IMG/VR virus record: IMGVR_UViG_3300031673_000090
Location: 1-47,769 of that record
DNA length: 47,769 nucleotides
Source: a virus
Lineage: Duplodnaviria; Caudoviricetes
Reading direction: 5' to 3' (one strand)
The notes beneath the pieces were generated by a model. It saw only the letters and a list, made by a program, of their open reading frames with translations, searched no databases and had not been told where the DNA came from. Below, one piece after another: positions 35,505 to 45,584 of the stretch. The position numbers and the translations under genes are program-made. The first letter of the stretch is position 1, and each line of letters begins with the position of its first letter.

Positions 35505-36008
35505 ATGAAAAATTTTCATGGGTTAGAACAAATATGGACAATCACACAAAAGCGCAATGGCAGAATTCTTTGGGCAGAAACAAAGAAAAATCTAATTGTG
35601 GACGAGGGTGAAAAAGCTCTTGTGGATACTTTTTATCGAAACCTGGCTGCCACGTATTTTGTTACGGCGGATTTTTGGGTTGGACTTTATTATGGAAGTC
35701 TCGCTGAAACCACAGTGCTTGGTACTATTCCTGAGATTTCAGCCATTAATGGTTATGCCCGAGTTCAGATTGAGAGGTCCGTTGTAGGTTGGCCCACAAT
35801 TGAATTCCACGAGAATGACTGGCGGGTTGTATCTAAAACAATAACTATGACAGCTTCTGGGGGGAATATTGGTCCAGTAAACGGGGCCTTTTTGTGCACT
35901 TCTTCAAATAACACAGGAGTGTTAATCGGTGGCGTGGCTATGAGTATGTCTCGCACTATTCCCGCCGGTGATGATATTGAATTCACAATAAAAGCGAAAC
36001 AAAAATAG
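35505..36008 (+). CDS. virion structural protein (baseplate/fibre associated)
   Basis: KNLIVDEG..GYARVQI..GAFLCT pattern of beta-sandwich tail proteins; position. Confidence 0.6.
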   Translation: MKNFHGLEQIWTITQKRNGRILWAETKKNLIVDEGEKALVDTFYRNLAATYFVTADFWVGLYYGSLAETTVLGTIPEISAINGYARVQIERSVVGWPTIEFHENDWRVVSKTITMTASGGNIGPVNGAFLCTSSNNTGVLIGGVAMSMSRTIPAGDDIEFTIKAKQK

Positions 36009-36040
36009 GGGTTGAGAAACGTTAGTAAGAGAATTTAATT

Positions 36041-38224
36041 TTGAATAGGGCAATTATGGCTGTTGCAGATATGGTTGTAGTGGGTATTCGAGATGTAGTT
36101 AAGGGTGTTTCCGTCTGGGGCATGAAAGATGATGGGACTGTTGCCTGGACTTATGATACAGGTGGTTTAACTAGAAAAGCATTAATCAGTGCTGGCTCTG
36201 TTTTTATCGTTGGAACAGCTGCGGATAATGGGGATGGTACCAAAAATCTTTGGAAACTAAGTCTTACTACTGGTCTATTAGAGGCAAGCAGATATTGTCG
36301 AAGTTCTGGATTTACATGGGACTTAGCTTTGGATTCAGTAGATAGACTCATTGTAGGTACCAATGATGGTGCTTCCAGGCTCCCTTTGGATTTATCTTCG
36401 GAAGAAACTTTTAGCAGTGGAGGTTGTCTTTCATGTGCAATTGACCTTGTTGATAATAGTATTTACATAGGTTCTGGGGGACTTTCTGCGAACATTAGAA
36501 AATATGCTTCTAATTTAACTTCTGGTTGGACAGCCACGCCTTATAGCAGTTCTTCCACGTATGGTATTGGAGTTTTATCAAATCAAAAAATTGTGTTTGT
36601 TCAAAGTGGGAGAAGATACGCTTATGATAAAGATGGGAATCAACTGTGGGGTATAGTTGCTGCGTATGCTGGTGCAGAAAGAGTTAAGATTTCCTCACTA
36701 GATAGAATATTTCTATTTTCTTCTAATCTAGTTGAAGTAAATGAAACTGATGGATTGGCAATATCAACAACTGCCTCACCTGAAACTTATGATGCATTTA
36801 TTGCTGCGGATGGCATCACTATATACACCTGTGGAGGGTATTCTAAGGCTTTTAATATACGTAAAGAGCACGCAGATAATTTAACCGTTTATGGACAAAT
36901 GGTTACTCCCAGCTGTGGAACTCTTTATGGGATATCCGCAGATCCTTCATTCAGTTTTTCTAAAGAACTTAAAGATGATATCCAAGGTTTTTGGAAATTA
37001 AATGACAATGCTGCCAATACCACAGTTGTAGATGATTCCGGTAATGCTTATGATGGTGTAGCTTCTAAGAATACTTCTGTTATGTCTACCGTGGGTAAGA
37101 TAAATGAAGCTTTGACTTTTGTAGAAGCGGATTCAGACGAAGTTAATATAGGAAACGTGATTCCTGCTTTAAATTTAGCTCCGAGTCAAGATTTAAGTAT
37201 TGCTTTTTGGTTTAAGTGGGCAGGTGGTGGGGATGTATTTAACACTATCATACATAAGTGGAAAAGTGGTGTTAACGCAGGCTTTGGTATTTATATAAAC
37301 AGAGATCAATCAAAAATTAGGGCAAGTATAGACTGGGCTGGAACAACTGCGGTCAGTGAAAATGTAGTAGATATTATTGTTGATACATGGTATTTAGCAG
37401 TTTGGAGAGTAGATCGTACCGGAAATTCTTCTTTAAGTTTAAATAATTGGGCGGATTTCCAAAAACTTACCATTTCGAGTTATGTTTTGAATGATGTAAC
37501 AAATGTTCAGAATTTTTACTTGGGGGCAAATGCTGCTCTCAACGCAAGTTATGGGCCATATAATGGAGTTTTAGATTGTGTAGCTGTCTGGGACAGATTA
37601 ATTACCGAAGAGGAAGAAGCACAAATATGGAATGATGGTAATGGAACAGAAGATTACGGAATTTGGGAAGCACCGGTAATAAGTGTACAACCTATTAGTC
37701 AAACAAAAAGTGTTGATGATAGTGTTACCTTTTCCGTGACAGCAACAGGAACACCAACTCCTACGTACCAATGGAAAAAAGATGGTAATGATATATTTGG
37801 GGAAACTTCTGATTCACTTTCTTTTACGGTAGATGCAAATTCAGGGGGGGACTATACTTGTGTAGCCAGCAATTTAGAGGGTTGGGATACTTCTGATACT
37901 GCTACCCTATCAATTATTCCGTTGATAACGGATCAGTCTTCAAGTACTCCAGTTCCTTTAGGACAATTAGCCACTTTTATTATGACTGTTGTAGGGTATC
38001 CTGTGGTAACCTACCAATGGAGTAAAGATGGCTCTCCAATGGTTGGAGAAACGAGTTCTTCTTTATCTTTTTACACGGAAAGTTCTGATGCGGGTACATA
38101 TACTTGTGTAGTTACAAATGTTGCAGGATCTGATATTTCAGATGGTATTGTTTTAACAATTATTAGTAATCCATATACTTGGAATCCTTTTAATTTGATT
38201 TTAGATGCAGAGAGGGCTGATTAA
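36041..38224 (+). CDS. beta-propeller + LamG/concanavalin A-like + two Ig-like domain virion protein
   Basis: WKLNDNA..DDSGN..GKINEALTF..LDCVAVWDR (LamG); QPISQ..VTATGTP.PTYQWKKDG..YTCVASN twice (Ig I-set); start may be ATG 36056. Confidence 0.85.
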   Translation: MNRAIMAVADMVVVGIRDVVKGVSVWGMKDDGTVAWTYDTGGLTRKALISAGSVFIVGTAADNGDGTKNLWKLSLTTGLLEASRYCRSSGFTWDLALDSVDRLIVGTNDGASRLPLDLSSEETFSSGGCLSCAIDLVDNSIYIGSGGLSANIRKYASNLTSGWTATPYSSSSTYGIGVLSNQKIVFVQSGRRYAYDKDGNQLWGIVAAYAGAERVKISSLDRIFLFSSNLVEVNETDGLAISTTASPETYDAFIAADGITIYTCGGYSKAFNIRKEHADNLTVYGQMVTPSCGTLYGISADPSFSFSKELKDDIQGFWKLNDNAANTTVVDDSGNAYDGVASKNTSVMSTVGKINEALTFVEADSDEVNIGNVIPALNLAPSQDLSIAFWFKWAGGGDVFNTIIHKWKSGVNAGFGIYINRDQSKIRASIDWAGTTAVSENVVDIIVDTWYLAVWRVDRTGNSSLSLNNWADFQKLTISSYVLNDVTNVQNFYLGANAALNASYGPYNGVLDCVAVWDRLITEEEEAQIWNDGNGTEDYGIWEAPVISVQPISQTKSVDDSVTFSVTATGTPTPTYQWKKDGNDIFGETSDSLSFTVDANSGGDYTCVASNLEGWDTSDTATLSIIPLITDQSSSTPVPLGQLATFIMTVVGYPVVTYQWSKDGSPMVGETSSSLSFYTESSDAGTYTCVVTNVAGSDISDGIVLTIISNPYTWNPFNLILDAERAD

Positions 38225-39453
38225 TGGCAAATTGGCATTTAGATGAAGGCTATTATTTAGATGAGGAAAGCCAAGTAGAGATATCTTCGGAAGCGACCCT
38301 ACTTCTAGATTTGCAATACATAGCTAAACCTTTAGCCAGCATAGAATTGATATCAGAGTGTGAGTTATCAATAAGTGTAATTCAAGCTGTCGCTTTGGAT
38401 TTACTTGAGTTGGTTCCTGAGAAATTTCAATCGTCTCTTATTCTTCAAGATTATTGCGAAGAAGCCAGTACTCAAGTGGGTAGCTGGCTATCCAGTGTAA
38501 AGAATTCCATAAAGCTCGTGAATCCTAATACTGTTGGTACGATACCTTATTTAAGATATCTTGGGGCACTTATCGGGGTTGAGTTTTCTCCAGAGGATGA
38601 GACCACAGAAGCCGCTATGAGGAAAGAGCTGGCTAATGCTATTAGCTGGTACAAGTTAAAAGGGACCTATGAATCTATACAAATTCTGTCCTTAATTCAG
38701 CAATTTATAGTTAACTTCTACGACATGTATACGAACGACTATGATACCTTTTACATGACGGATTGGTTTGTGGGAGATGAGGATGAAAATCCACCGGGAT
38801 TTGACGCTACGTATTACAAATCCCCACACTTTGGATTGGAAGTTTTATTAAATAAAGTATTCGAAGTAGGTTCTGACCGGTATCTTTGGCGTTCAACCTA
38901 CTTGGATAATTTGATAGCTCAGGTTGAAAAGACACGGCCGGTTCATACTATACCTCATTATTTGTTATTGTTGAATCCTAAAACGGATGAGCTTGGACAC
39001 ATAATTGAAGTGGATGGTGAAATACGAACAAAGGTATTGGGTAATTGGGAGTATTCAACTAAGTACTTCGATATGGCCACCGGAGCTGGAGCTTGGAATT
39101 TTGATGATGGATCTGTTTTTGATGAATCTGCTACAAACTTTATTAATAGTATCACAAAATACGTTTTCGGGACAGGTGGTAGTTTTGATATAGATAACCC
39201 TGTAATAGAGGGTACAATAGATGTTGCAGATATACTTATTACGGATGAAAAAATTGTATTCGAATTCATTCTTCCGAAAACAGAAGTTCAGGCCGGAATA
39301 AATGAACTCGGCCTGTACAGTACAGCGTCCGGGACTCCTTTAGTATTATCAAGTGTTTTTCCAAAAATTGACAAAGCAAATAATGTTGAATTAAGAGTGG
39401 TAGTTGAAGTTTTCAAATCGGATTTATCTTCAAGTGAACTTCCTCCATCTTAA
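38224..39453 (+). CDS. baseplate wedge / tail protein I (gp7-like)
   Basis: YLRYLGALIG..WYKLKGTYESI..RPVHT; INELGLY C-terminal module. Confidence 0.7.
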   Translation: MANWHLDEGYYLDEESQVEISSEATLLLDLQYIAKPLASIELISECELSISVIQAVALDLLELVPEKFQSSLILQDYCEEASTQVGSWLSSVKNSIKLVNPNTVGTIPYLRYLGALIGVEFSPEDETTEAAMRKELANAISWYKLKGTYESIQILSLIQQFIVNFYDMYTNDYDTFYMTDWFVGDEDENPPGFDATYYKSPHFGLEVLLNKVFEVGSDRYLWRSTYLDNLIAQVEKTRPVHTIPHYLLLLNPKTDELGHIIEVDGEIRTKVLGNWEYSTKYFDMATGAGAWNFDDGSVFDESATNFINSITKYVFGTGGSFDIDNPVIEGTIDVADILITDEKIVFEFILPKTEVQAGINELGLYSTASGTPLVLSSVFPKIDKANNVELRVVVEVFKSDLSSSELPPS

Positions 39454-39485
39454 ACTTAATGAATTTAAACATATAGGAGAGTAAC

Positions 39486-40676
39486 ATGCCTGATAATGTG
39501 GGAACACAAATTGTTAGCTTAATACATTATTCAGCTGCTTCAAGTCCAAATGTAAATAGGCGGCACCAGGATATTAGACAAGTTGGTCTGTACCAAGGGG
39601 GTCGACTAACTGTTGTGGACGGACCGACCCGGGCCGCATCATTGTCTGCCTTGATCTGTGAAATTTCTGATGGTACCTACCAAGTAAAAGTTCAAACAAC
39701 TACTGCAATAAGTCTAACTGCAGTAGAAGCTACTCCGTACATCATCTTGCGGTGGACATATGTTGGTGCCGCTTCTGATTTTATGGAAGTATTATCAATA
39801 GCAGCTCCATTAACAAATGACGTTGTGATAGGTAAAGCTAATTTTGCAGCGGGAGCCTTGACTGGATTTACTTATGGGGATGCCACGTATCCAAGAAGTA
39901 CTCCCAATACTCAGGATCTATTTTTGAAAGTAGAACCTACAGAGGATGCCGAATTAAAAGTAAGGATCCGGGCGGGAAGGATTACTGGTTACACAGAAAG
40001 TATTGATGTTATTGATCAAAAAAGTTCTTTGTTTACCGTACCAACTGCTAATTCAAGAATTGATTTAGTGTACTTAAATAAAGATACTGGGGCGGTGAGT
40101 ATTGATGCATCAGGAACGGAGGCAGCTTCACCTGTCGCCCCAGATTACGCCGGAAAGTTAGTTCTGGCTGAAGTAACTCTGGCTGCTGCTAGTACTAATA
40201 TCATAGCGAGTATGATAAAGGATGTTAGAAATTGGATAGCTTTGCCTCAGAGTGTAGATGATACTACAATAGAAAAAAGTGCCACTGGAGAACTCCAAGT
40301 TAAATCAACGGGAGTAGGATTACAATTAAGAACTGGAACATTGGCGGCGTATGATTTTACTGAAGTGGATATTACTCAAGATGGTGCTTGGCATGATTTA
40401 GATTTATCTTCTATTGTTCCAGTTGGAACTAAAGCTGTTACATTATCAATTGGTTTGTATACGTATGCGGATATTGCAGAAACTATTTATTTTAGAAAAA
40501 AGGGTGTTCTTGATAGTGTTAATATCGCAAGAGCCGACAATACAATACTAGGTCGTGGACAGGTTTCAGATGTACTAGTTGGAGTTAATAGTGATAGAAA
40601 AATTCAATATTATGTAACACATTCAGTTCAAGCAATTGGATCAATACAAATAGTAATAAGAGCATGGTACTTATAA
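39486..40676 (+). CDS. tail fibre protein 1
   Basis: NSRIDLVY..G..A.SP.AP..LAEV module; C-terminal DLDLSSIVPVGTKAV tip domain. Confidence 0.7.
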   Translation: MPDNVGTQIVSLIHYSAASSPNVNRRHQDIRQVGLYQGGRLTVVDGPTRAASLSALICEISDGTYQVKVQTTTAISLTAVEATPYIILRWTYVGAASDFMEVLSIAAPLTNDVVIGKANFAAGALTGFTYGDATYPRSTPNTQDLFLKVEPTEDAELKVRIRAGRITGYTESIDVIDQKSSLFTVPTANSRIDLVYLNKDTGAVSIDASGTEAASPVAPDYAGKLVLAEVTLAAASTNIIASMIKDVRNWIALPQSVDDTTIEKSATGELQVKSTGVGLQLRTGTLAAYDFTEVDITQDGAWHDLDLSSIVPVGTKAVTLSIGLYTYADIAETIYFRKKGVLDSVNIARADNTILGRGQVSDVLVGVNSDRKIQYYVTHSVQAIGSIQIVIRAWYL

Positions 40677-40689
40677 GAGGAGAAAATAA

Positions 40690-41775
40690 ATGGGAAGTGT
40701 GAATCATGGTACCCAGGATATAAGTTGGAATTTTTATGAAGAATTGACATCGAGGGATTTCAATGAACGTAATATGAATATTCAACCAAGAGGTATATAC
40801 AAGGGTGGCTATTTGACTAGAGTTTCTGACGCTGAGGTCTCCTTATCTCCCCTTACCGCGGAGATAGGTGATACTGTTATTCAAGTATCCATAAGTACCG
40901 CTGTCGCGGCCACACTCAATGTCAGTACGTTAGATTCGGGAAGTATATCCTCAGCTACTCCTGTTTTGGTGCTTCGATGGGCATACACCGCTTCGGCCGC
41001 CAATTATATGGAAATTCATGCGATTGCCTCTGCTGCCGTTGCTTTATCTAATGACATTATTATCGGCAAATGTAACTTTAGTGGGGCAACTCTGGTTGAC
41101 TTTGACTACGCGAATAGAACTTTTCTTACTATACAAGATCTGTTCTTAAAGGTGGAAAGTAGCAGCGGTCTTTACGTACAACTGCGGGCTGGTAGAATTC
41201 AAACCGCCACGGGTTACGTACAAATTCCGGAAACATTGGTAGGACCGTTCTCGGTACCGGGATCTCCTAATTCTAGAATCGATCTTATTTATATTGATAC
41301 CGATGGGACAGTATCAATAGCAGCAGGAGCTGCAGCTCCTAGCCCATCTGCACCTAGTTATGCAAGAAGATTGGTAGTTGCTGAAATTAGGATAGCAAAT
41401 GGGGATACCACCATCCCGGCTAGTCGAATTACTGATGTCCGATCTTTTATAAGTAAGAATTTTGATATGTCTCCGGTTACTTATGTAGGCGGAGAAAGTG
41501 TGACTCATGCTAACGGTTTGATAGAAAAAATGGGTAAAACCGCTACGCCGGTAGGCAATCTCGCATACAATGGTACTGTAACGGTTACCTTTGCAACACC
41601 TTTTCCAAATGGTATTAAGTCAGTAGTCGGGAATATGAAAAATACAGCAGGATACGGGGCAGTTGTTGAGATTTATTCTGCAACTGTAAACGCCGTGGTG
41701 TTTAGATATACTGAGTCCGATATAGGGATATACGAAGCTTGTGATGGAATTTACTGGATGGCAAAAGGTTGGTAA
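40690..41775 (+). CDS. tail fibre protein 2 (paralogue of fibre 1)
   Basis: shares QDLFLKVE, RAGRI, NSRIDL with previous ORF; NGLIEKMG..VTFATPFPN..YWMAKGW tail-fibre C-terminal domain. Confidence 0.75.
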   Translation: MGSVNHGTQDISWNFYEELTSRDFNERNMNIQPRGIYKGGYLTRVSDAEVSLSPLTAEIGDTVIQVSISTAVAATLNVSTLDSGSISSATPVLVLRWAYTASAANYMEIHAIASAAVALSNDIIIGKCNFSGATLVDFDYANRTFLTIQDLFLKVESSSGLYVQLRAGRIQTATGYVQIPETLVGPFSVPGSPNSRIDLIYIDTDGTVSIAAGAAAPSPSAPSYARRLVVAEIRIANGDTTIPASRITDVRSFISKNFDMSPVTYVGGESVTHANGLIEKMGKTATPVGNLAYNGTVTVTFATPFPNGIKSVVGNMKNTAGYGAVVEIYSATVNAVVFRYTESDIGIYEACDGIYWMAKGW

Positions 41776-41780
41776 CCAAT

Positions 41781-42539
41781 ATGATAACTATTAAACATAA
41801 TAAGGGGACGGGTGTAATTCCGATTAAAAATACCGCGTGTAGGGCTCGTCCCATTACGGATATTCTTCCAACAGGGGCATGGAAAGACCGTACATGTTTT
41901 CTTATTGGTGGAGGTCCAAGTTTAGTGGATTTTGATTTTCGCAAGATAGAGAATCAATTATCAATAGGAATAAACAAGTCGTTCATCAAATTTCCTACAA
42001 CAGTAAACTACGCCATGGATGTGCGATTTTATGATCTTATTACTTTTCCAGAAAATGATAAGTTAAAAAATCTACACCAACAGTGGTTGGACTACAGGGG
42101 AATTAAAGTTTTCTTAAAGCACAGCAGTAAGACACGCTATGATCCTTCTGTGTATTTTGTACCCAAGTTTCCCACCAATGCTTTAAGTTTAGATCTTAAG
42201 AAAGGAATATGGGGAGGTAATAATTCTGGATTCGGCTCGCTAATGCTGGCTTGTGCTTTGGGAGCAAAACGAGTGGGCCTTTTGGGATTTGATTTAAAAG
42301 TTAAAGAACCTAAGGATTCTAAAGAAAATAAAATAGAAACCCATTGGCACAGTGGGTACGGAAATGAAAAGAAGGAAACTTATCAAAAGAAACTGGATAA
42401 GTTTAAAGAATGTTTTACCAGTTATGCATCTGCGATAGCTGAGCAGGGTATTTCTGTGGTTAATTTAAATCTTGATAGTGCATTAAATTGTTTTCCAAAA
42501 GATACTTTGGATAATTTTCTGTGTAAGAGCGGGAAGTAG
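41781..42539 (+). CDS. Maf/MptE-like (DUF115-type) glycosyltransferase-related protein
   Basis: CFLIGGGPSL, IGINKS, NNSGFGSL..ALGAKRVGLLGFD, THWH; ATG 41781 preferred over TTG 41769. Confidence 0.7.
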   Translation: MITIKHNKGTGVIPIKNTACRARPITDILPTGAWKDRTCFLIGGGPSLVDFDFRKIENQLSIGINKSFIKFPTTVNYAMDVRFYDLITFPENDKLKNLHQQWLDYRGIKVFLKHSSKTRYDPSVYFVPKFPTNALSLDLKKGIWGGNNSGFGSLMLACALGAKRVGLLGFDLKVKEPKDSKENKIETHWHSGYGNEKKETYQKKLDKFKECFTSYASAIAEQGISVVNLNLDSALNCFPKDTLDNFLCKSGK

Positions 42540-42557
42540 GTATAATTATAACATAAG

Positions 42558-42758
42558 GTAGACTGACGGCTTGAATGTTTTAGAGAGTTAATGTAAGCTC
42601 CGATTCTGTGATGGAAGAGGACGAAGGACTGCACTGGGTTCGAGTCCTGGAACTTTCTGTTCAGTTTACTAATTATGATGTGGATAATATTAATAGGGCG
42701 GTGGCGACCGATAAGGAATGTAGGGAAAGCACAAAGCCATCATGCCCGCCCTATTAAT
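42558..42758 (+). ncRNA. candidate structured RNA(s) in 240-bp intergenic region
   Basis: GTAGACTGA/TCAGTTTAC, AGGACT/AGTCCT, T-loop-like GGTTCGAGTCC, and a perfect 13-bp inverted repeat 42689-42701/42746-42758. Confidence 0.4.
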
Positions 42759-42783
42759 TTATCAAGAGAGAAGGTGGAGAACA

Positions 42784-43617
42784 ATGCAGAATTTAAGACA
42801 TCTGGGATCGAAGCTAAATCATTCTGCTCTGATAAAAAGAATTATTGAAAAGCCAAGGTCTCTACTTTTCAAAAGTTCATTTTTAATCACCAGTAAAACT
42901 GCACCAAAAATGTTAACCTCCATTTCTTCTATAATAAGTGCCAAGCAAAAAGATAGGGTTTTTCTTGTAGGTAGTGGACCAAGTTTGTGGGGATTCAATT
43001 TTGATATCCTGGCGGATGAGGACACTATCTGTGTAAACAGTTCAGTATTTGATGTTCCACAACCTAATTTTTTTATCACTAAGGATTATTCTTTTTTGCT
43101 GAAGTACCTCATTCCCTGTTTGCAAGCTAAAAGTAACGCGGTAAAAATTTGGAACAGTGCTATGAAAATTTTTGTCGCTTGCTACGCTGAAGGAAATCTT
43201 CAAGATATTGACAACGAAATTGTTGACGTGTCACATGGAATTAGATATGATTTATGCCCAGTTAACTGGGTTATAAAGAATCATGAGCAGTGGGGTATTG
43301 GTTTATCACTAGCTGATTTTAGATGTGGAGTTGATAGTGGGTACGGGGCCTTACAACTTGCTATTCTACTGGGTTATAAAAATATTTATTTTTTGGGCTA
43401 TGATATGTGTGTACAGGGGGAAACACATTATCATAGTAGATATAAAAAGAGAAAGTCTGAAGAATTCCAAAAGAAACTTGATGGTTATGCTAATTTGTAT
43501 ATACAAGCCTTTCAAGAAATAAAAAATATGAATCAAGTAAAATTATATAGTTGTTCTTCCACTAGTAAATTTAATTCGTATATTGAATATCTTCCAGTGG
43601 AGGAAGTTTTGAAATGA
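42784..43617 (+). CDS. Maf/MptE-like (DUF115-type) protein, paralogue
   Basis: VFLVGSGPSL, ICVNSS, DSGYGALQLAILLGYKNIYFLGYD, THYH; ATG 42784 follows GGTGGAG. Confidence 0.7.
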   Translation: MQNLRHLGSKLNHSALIKRIIEKPRSLLFKSSFLITSKTAPKMLTSISSIISAKQKDRVFLVGSGPSLWGFNFDILADEDTICVNSSVFDVPQPNFFITKDYSFLLKYLIPCLQAKSNAVKIWNSAMKIFVACYAEGNLQDIDNEIVDVSHGIRYDLCPVNWVIKNHEQWGIGLSLADFRCGVDSGYGALQLAILLGYKNIYFLGYDMCVQGETHYHSRYKKRKSEEFQKKLDGYANLYIQAFQEIKNMNQVKLYSCSSTSKFNSYIEYLPVEEVLK

Positions 43618-44282
43618 AACGTATCACAATATTGATTCCCACTAGGAATCGTCTCGAAAAATTGAAAAAAACACTTGCCTCAATTCCAAATCTTGATTAT
43701 GTGAATGTCTTGATTGCCTGTGACAGTGACATGGATACATTCAAGTATATTGAATCTCTTAACAATCCAAGAATTTGGCCAATGATGGTGCTCGCCTGTT
43801 GCGGTTCGGAATTTGCTGGTTCCGTTGAATGTAAAAATTTATGCACACCCGACGTGGAAGACGGATTGTTATATGGTACAGATGATATCATTTTCCAAGA
43901 AAATGCTATTCAAAATGCTTTTGCTTATTTTAATTTGAATTTTCCAGATGATGATGGTGTTGTTGGATTTGTTCAAGAAGGGAATACCTTTCATCCAACT
44001 GGTGTAGGTTTAGTAGGTCAGAAATTTCTTCAGAGGTACCCCGGGAAACAACTATTCTTCCCAGGTTACTTTCATTTTGCTTGTCAGGAGATTTATGACT
44101 TGTGTAATAAAATTGGTGGAAAGTTTGTTCAAGCAAAAAATGCAGTAGTTCTGCATAAACATCCTTGCAATTTTAGAGAAGAAATGGATCAAACACATCA
44201 GGACGCTCGAATTAAAAAGCGTAAAGATCATACTCTTATAAAAGAGAGAAAAGCAAAAGGATCAATATGGGGTGACAATTAA
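43614..44282 (+). CDS. glycosyltransferase family 2
   Basis: ITILIPTRNR..IACDSD..GTDDI. Confidence 0.85.
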   Translation: MKRITILIPTRNRLEKLKKTLASIPNLDYVNVLIACDSDMDTFKYIESLNNPRIWPMMVLACCGSEFAGSVECKNLCTPDVEDGLLYGTDDIIFQENAIQNAFAYFNLNFPDDDGVVGFVQEGNTFHPTGVGLVGQKFLQRYPGKQLFFPGYFHFACQEIYDLCNKIGGKFVQAKNAVVLHKHPCNFREEMDQTHQDARIKKRKDHTLIKERKAKGSIWGDN

Positions 44283-44838
44283 TACAGGGGAAGAAATGGA
44301 TATTTTAGAAGAAGTTTTAGTTGGTGGTAAAGATGAGAGGCACTGCCAGCAGACTCCAGATGAAGCAAAATTTTTAGCTGAAACTGCTTCGCTAATAACA
44401 GATGGAGTCATTGTTGAGATAGGTCGTAGATTTGGTGGGTCAACGCTACTTTTATGCTCGTATTCCAAAAATTCAAAAATGTATTCTATTGATACGGAAA
44501 CGGTAGACAGTGAACGGGCTTTCAAATTGCTAACGGATCACGGAATTCTTCCAGAGAGTTTTACATTCATAACGAATCATTCTCAACATATATCAAAATG
44601 GAATGTACCTATTGATCTATTATTCATTGACGGTAACCACACTACTAATGCTTGTAGAATAGATTTGGAGATTTGGGTTCCAAGAGTTAAGCCAGGTGGA
44701 CTGGTTTTAGTTCACGATGTTGGTTCTACAGGAATTCCAGGACCTAAATTGGCTATTGCTGAGTATCTTAAAGCAGGTGGACCATTGACTTTCGTCAAAC
44801 AAATTGGCTCAAGTCAATTATTGAGAAAGATGGAGTAG
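44272..44838 (+). CDS. class I SAM-dependent methyltransferase (Methyltransf_24-like)
   Basis: IVEIGRRFGGST, IDLLFIDGNH, VKPGGLVLVHD; start may be ATG 44296. Confidence 0.9.
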   Translation: MTINTGEEMDILEEVLVGGKDERHCQQTPDEAKFLAETASLITDGVIVEIGRRFGGSTLLLCSYSKNSKMYSIDTETVDSERAFKLLTDHGILPESFTFITNHSQHISKWNVPIDLLFIDGNHTTNACRIDLEIWVPRVKPGGLVLVHDVGSTGIPGPKLAIAEYLKAGGPLTFVKQIGSSQLLRKME

Positions 44839-44843
44839 TTAAC

Positions 44844-45584
44844 ATGAGATACGCGGTAGAAATGCCAACAAGGGATAGGAATACAACTCTGGTTCAATGT
44901 TTAAGAACCTTTGAACAACAGGTTCCAAAGCCAGATTTTATTGTTATTGTTAATAATAATACAGATGGAATACTACCTGAGATTCCAGCATTAAGTATTC
45001 CTTTAAGTGTTATTCATAATAGATACTCTGTTCCTGGTCCTGAACAAGCCCACCAAACAGCTCTTGAATTTTTTGTTGAAAGAGATATCAAAGTAGGTGT
45101 TCGATGGGATGATGATTTACTCCCACGACAAGGATGTATGAAAGCCTTACTCGCCCACTTTGAAGACCCATATTTTAATGGGGTTGTTGGGGGTTGCTAT
45201 CCCAGACCAGGGTATCCAATTTGGAATAACACGGGCGTAACTCCGTTGCCCCTAAACCAACCACCAGCCCATTTACAATTTTTTGAATGGCAAAATAAAG
45301 TTATGAAGCACGTACCTAGTTTGTATAGTGGTATGATGTACTCGACCAAACGAGCGTTACAAATTGGGGGATTCTGTACTGAGTATAGTCAACTTGGTTT
45401 TCGAGGTGAAACAGATTTTTCGATACGAATGGAAAACTGTCGAATTGAACCTCATGCGGTAGCTGTCCATTTATTGGCCGTAGGTGGAGTCAGAACAATC
45501 GGCAATCCACTTGCCATAGAAAAAATAGATCAAGCTTTGTTTGATAAAAGAATGAAGGATAACAAATGGCAAGAAGAATTATAA
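44844..45584 (+). CDS. glycosyltransferase family 2
   Basis: MPTRDR, RWDDDL, GGF..GETDFSIR. Confidence 0.85.
   Translation: MRYAVEMPTRDRNTTLVQCLRTFEQQVPKPDFIVIVNNNTDGILPEIPALSIPLSVIHNRYSVPGPEQAHQTALEFFVERDIKVGVRWDDDLLPRQGCMKALLAHFEDPYFNGVVGGCYPRPGYPIWNNTGVTPLPLNQPPAHLQFFEWQNKVMKHVPSLYSGMMYSTKRALQIGGFCTEYSQLGFRGETDFSIRMENCRIEPHAVAVHLLAVGGVRTIGNPLAIEKIDQALFDKRMKDNKWQEEL

Noticed and set aside
42617-42660. GGTTCGAGTCC as a tRNA or tmRNA 3' end
   Set aside because: No D arm, anticodon arm, acceptor pairing or CCA; kept only as part of a candidate structured RNA
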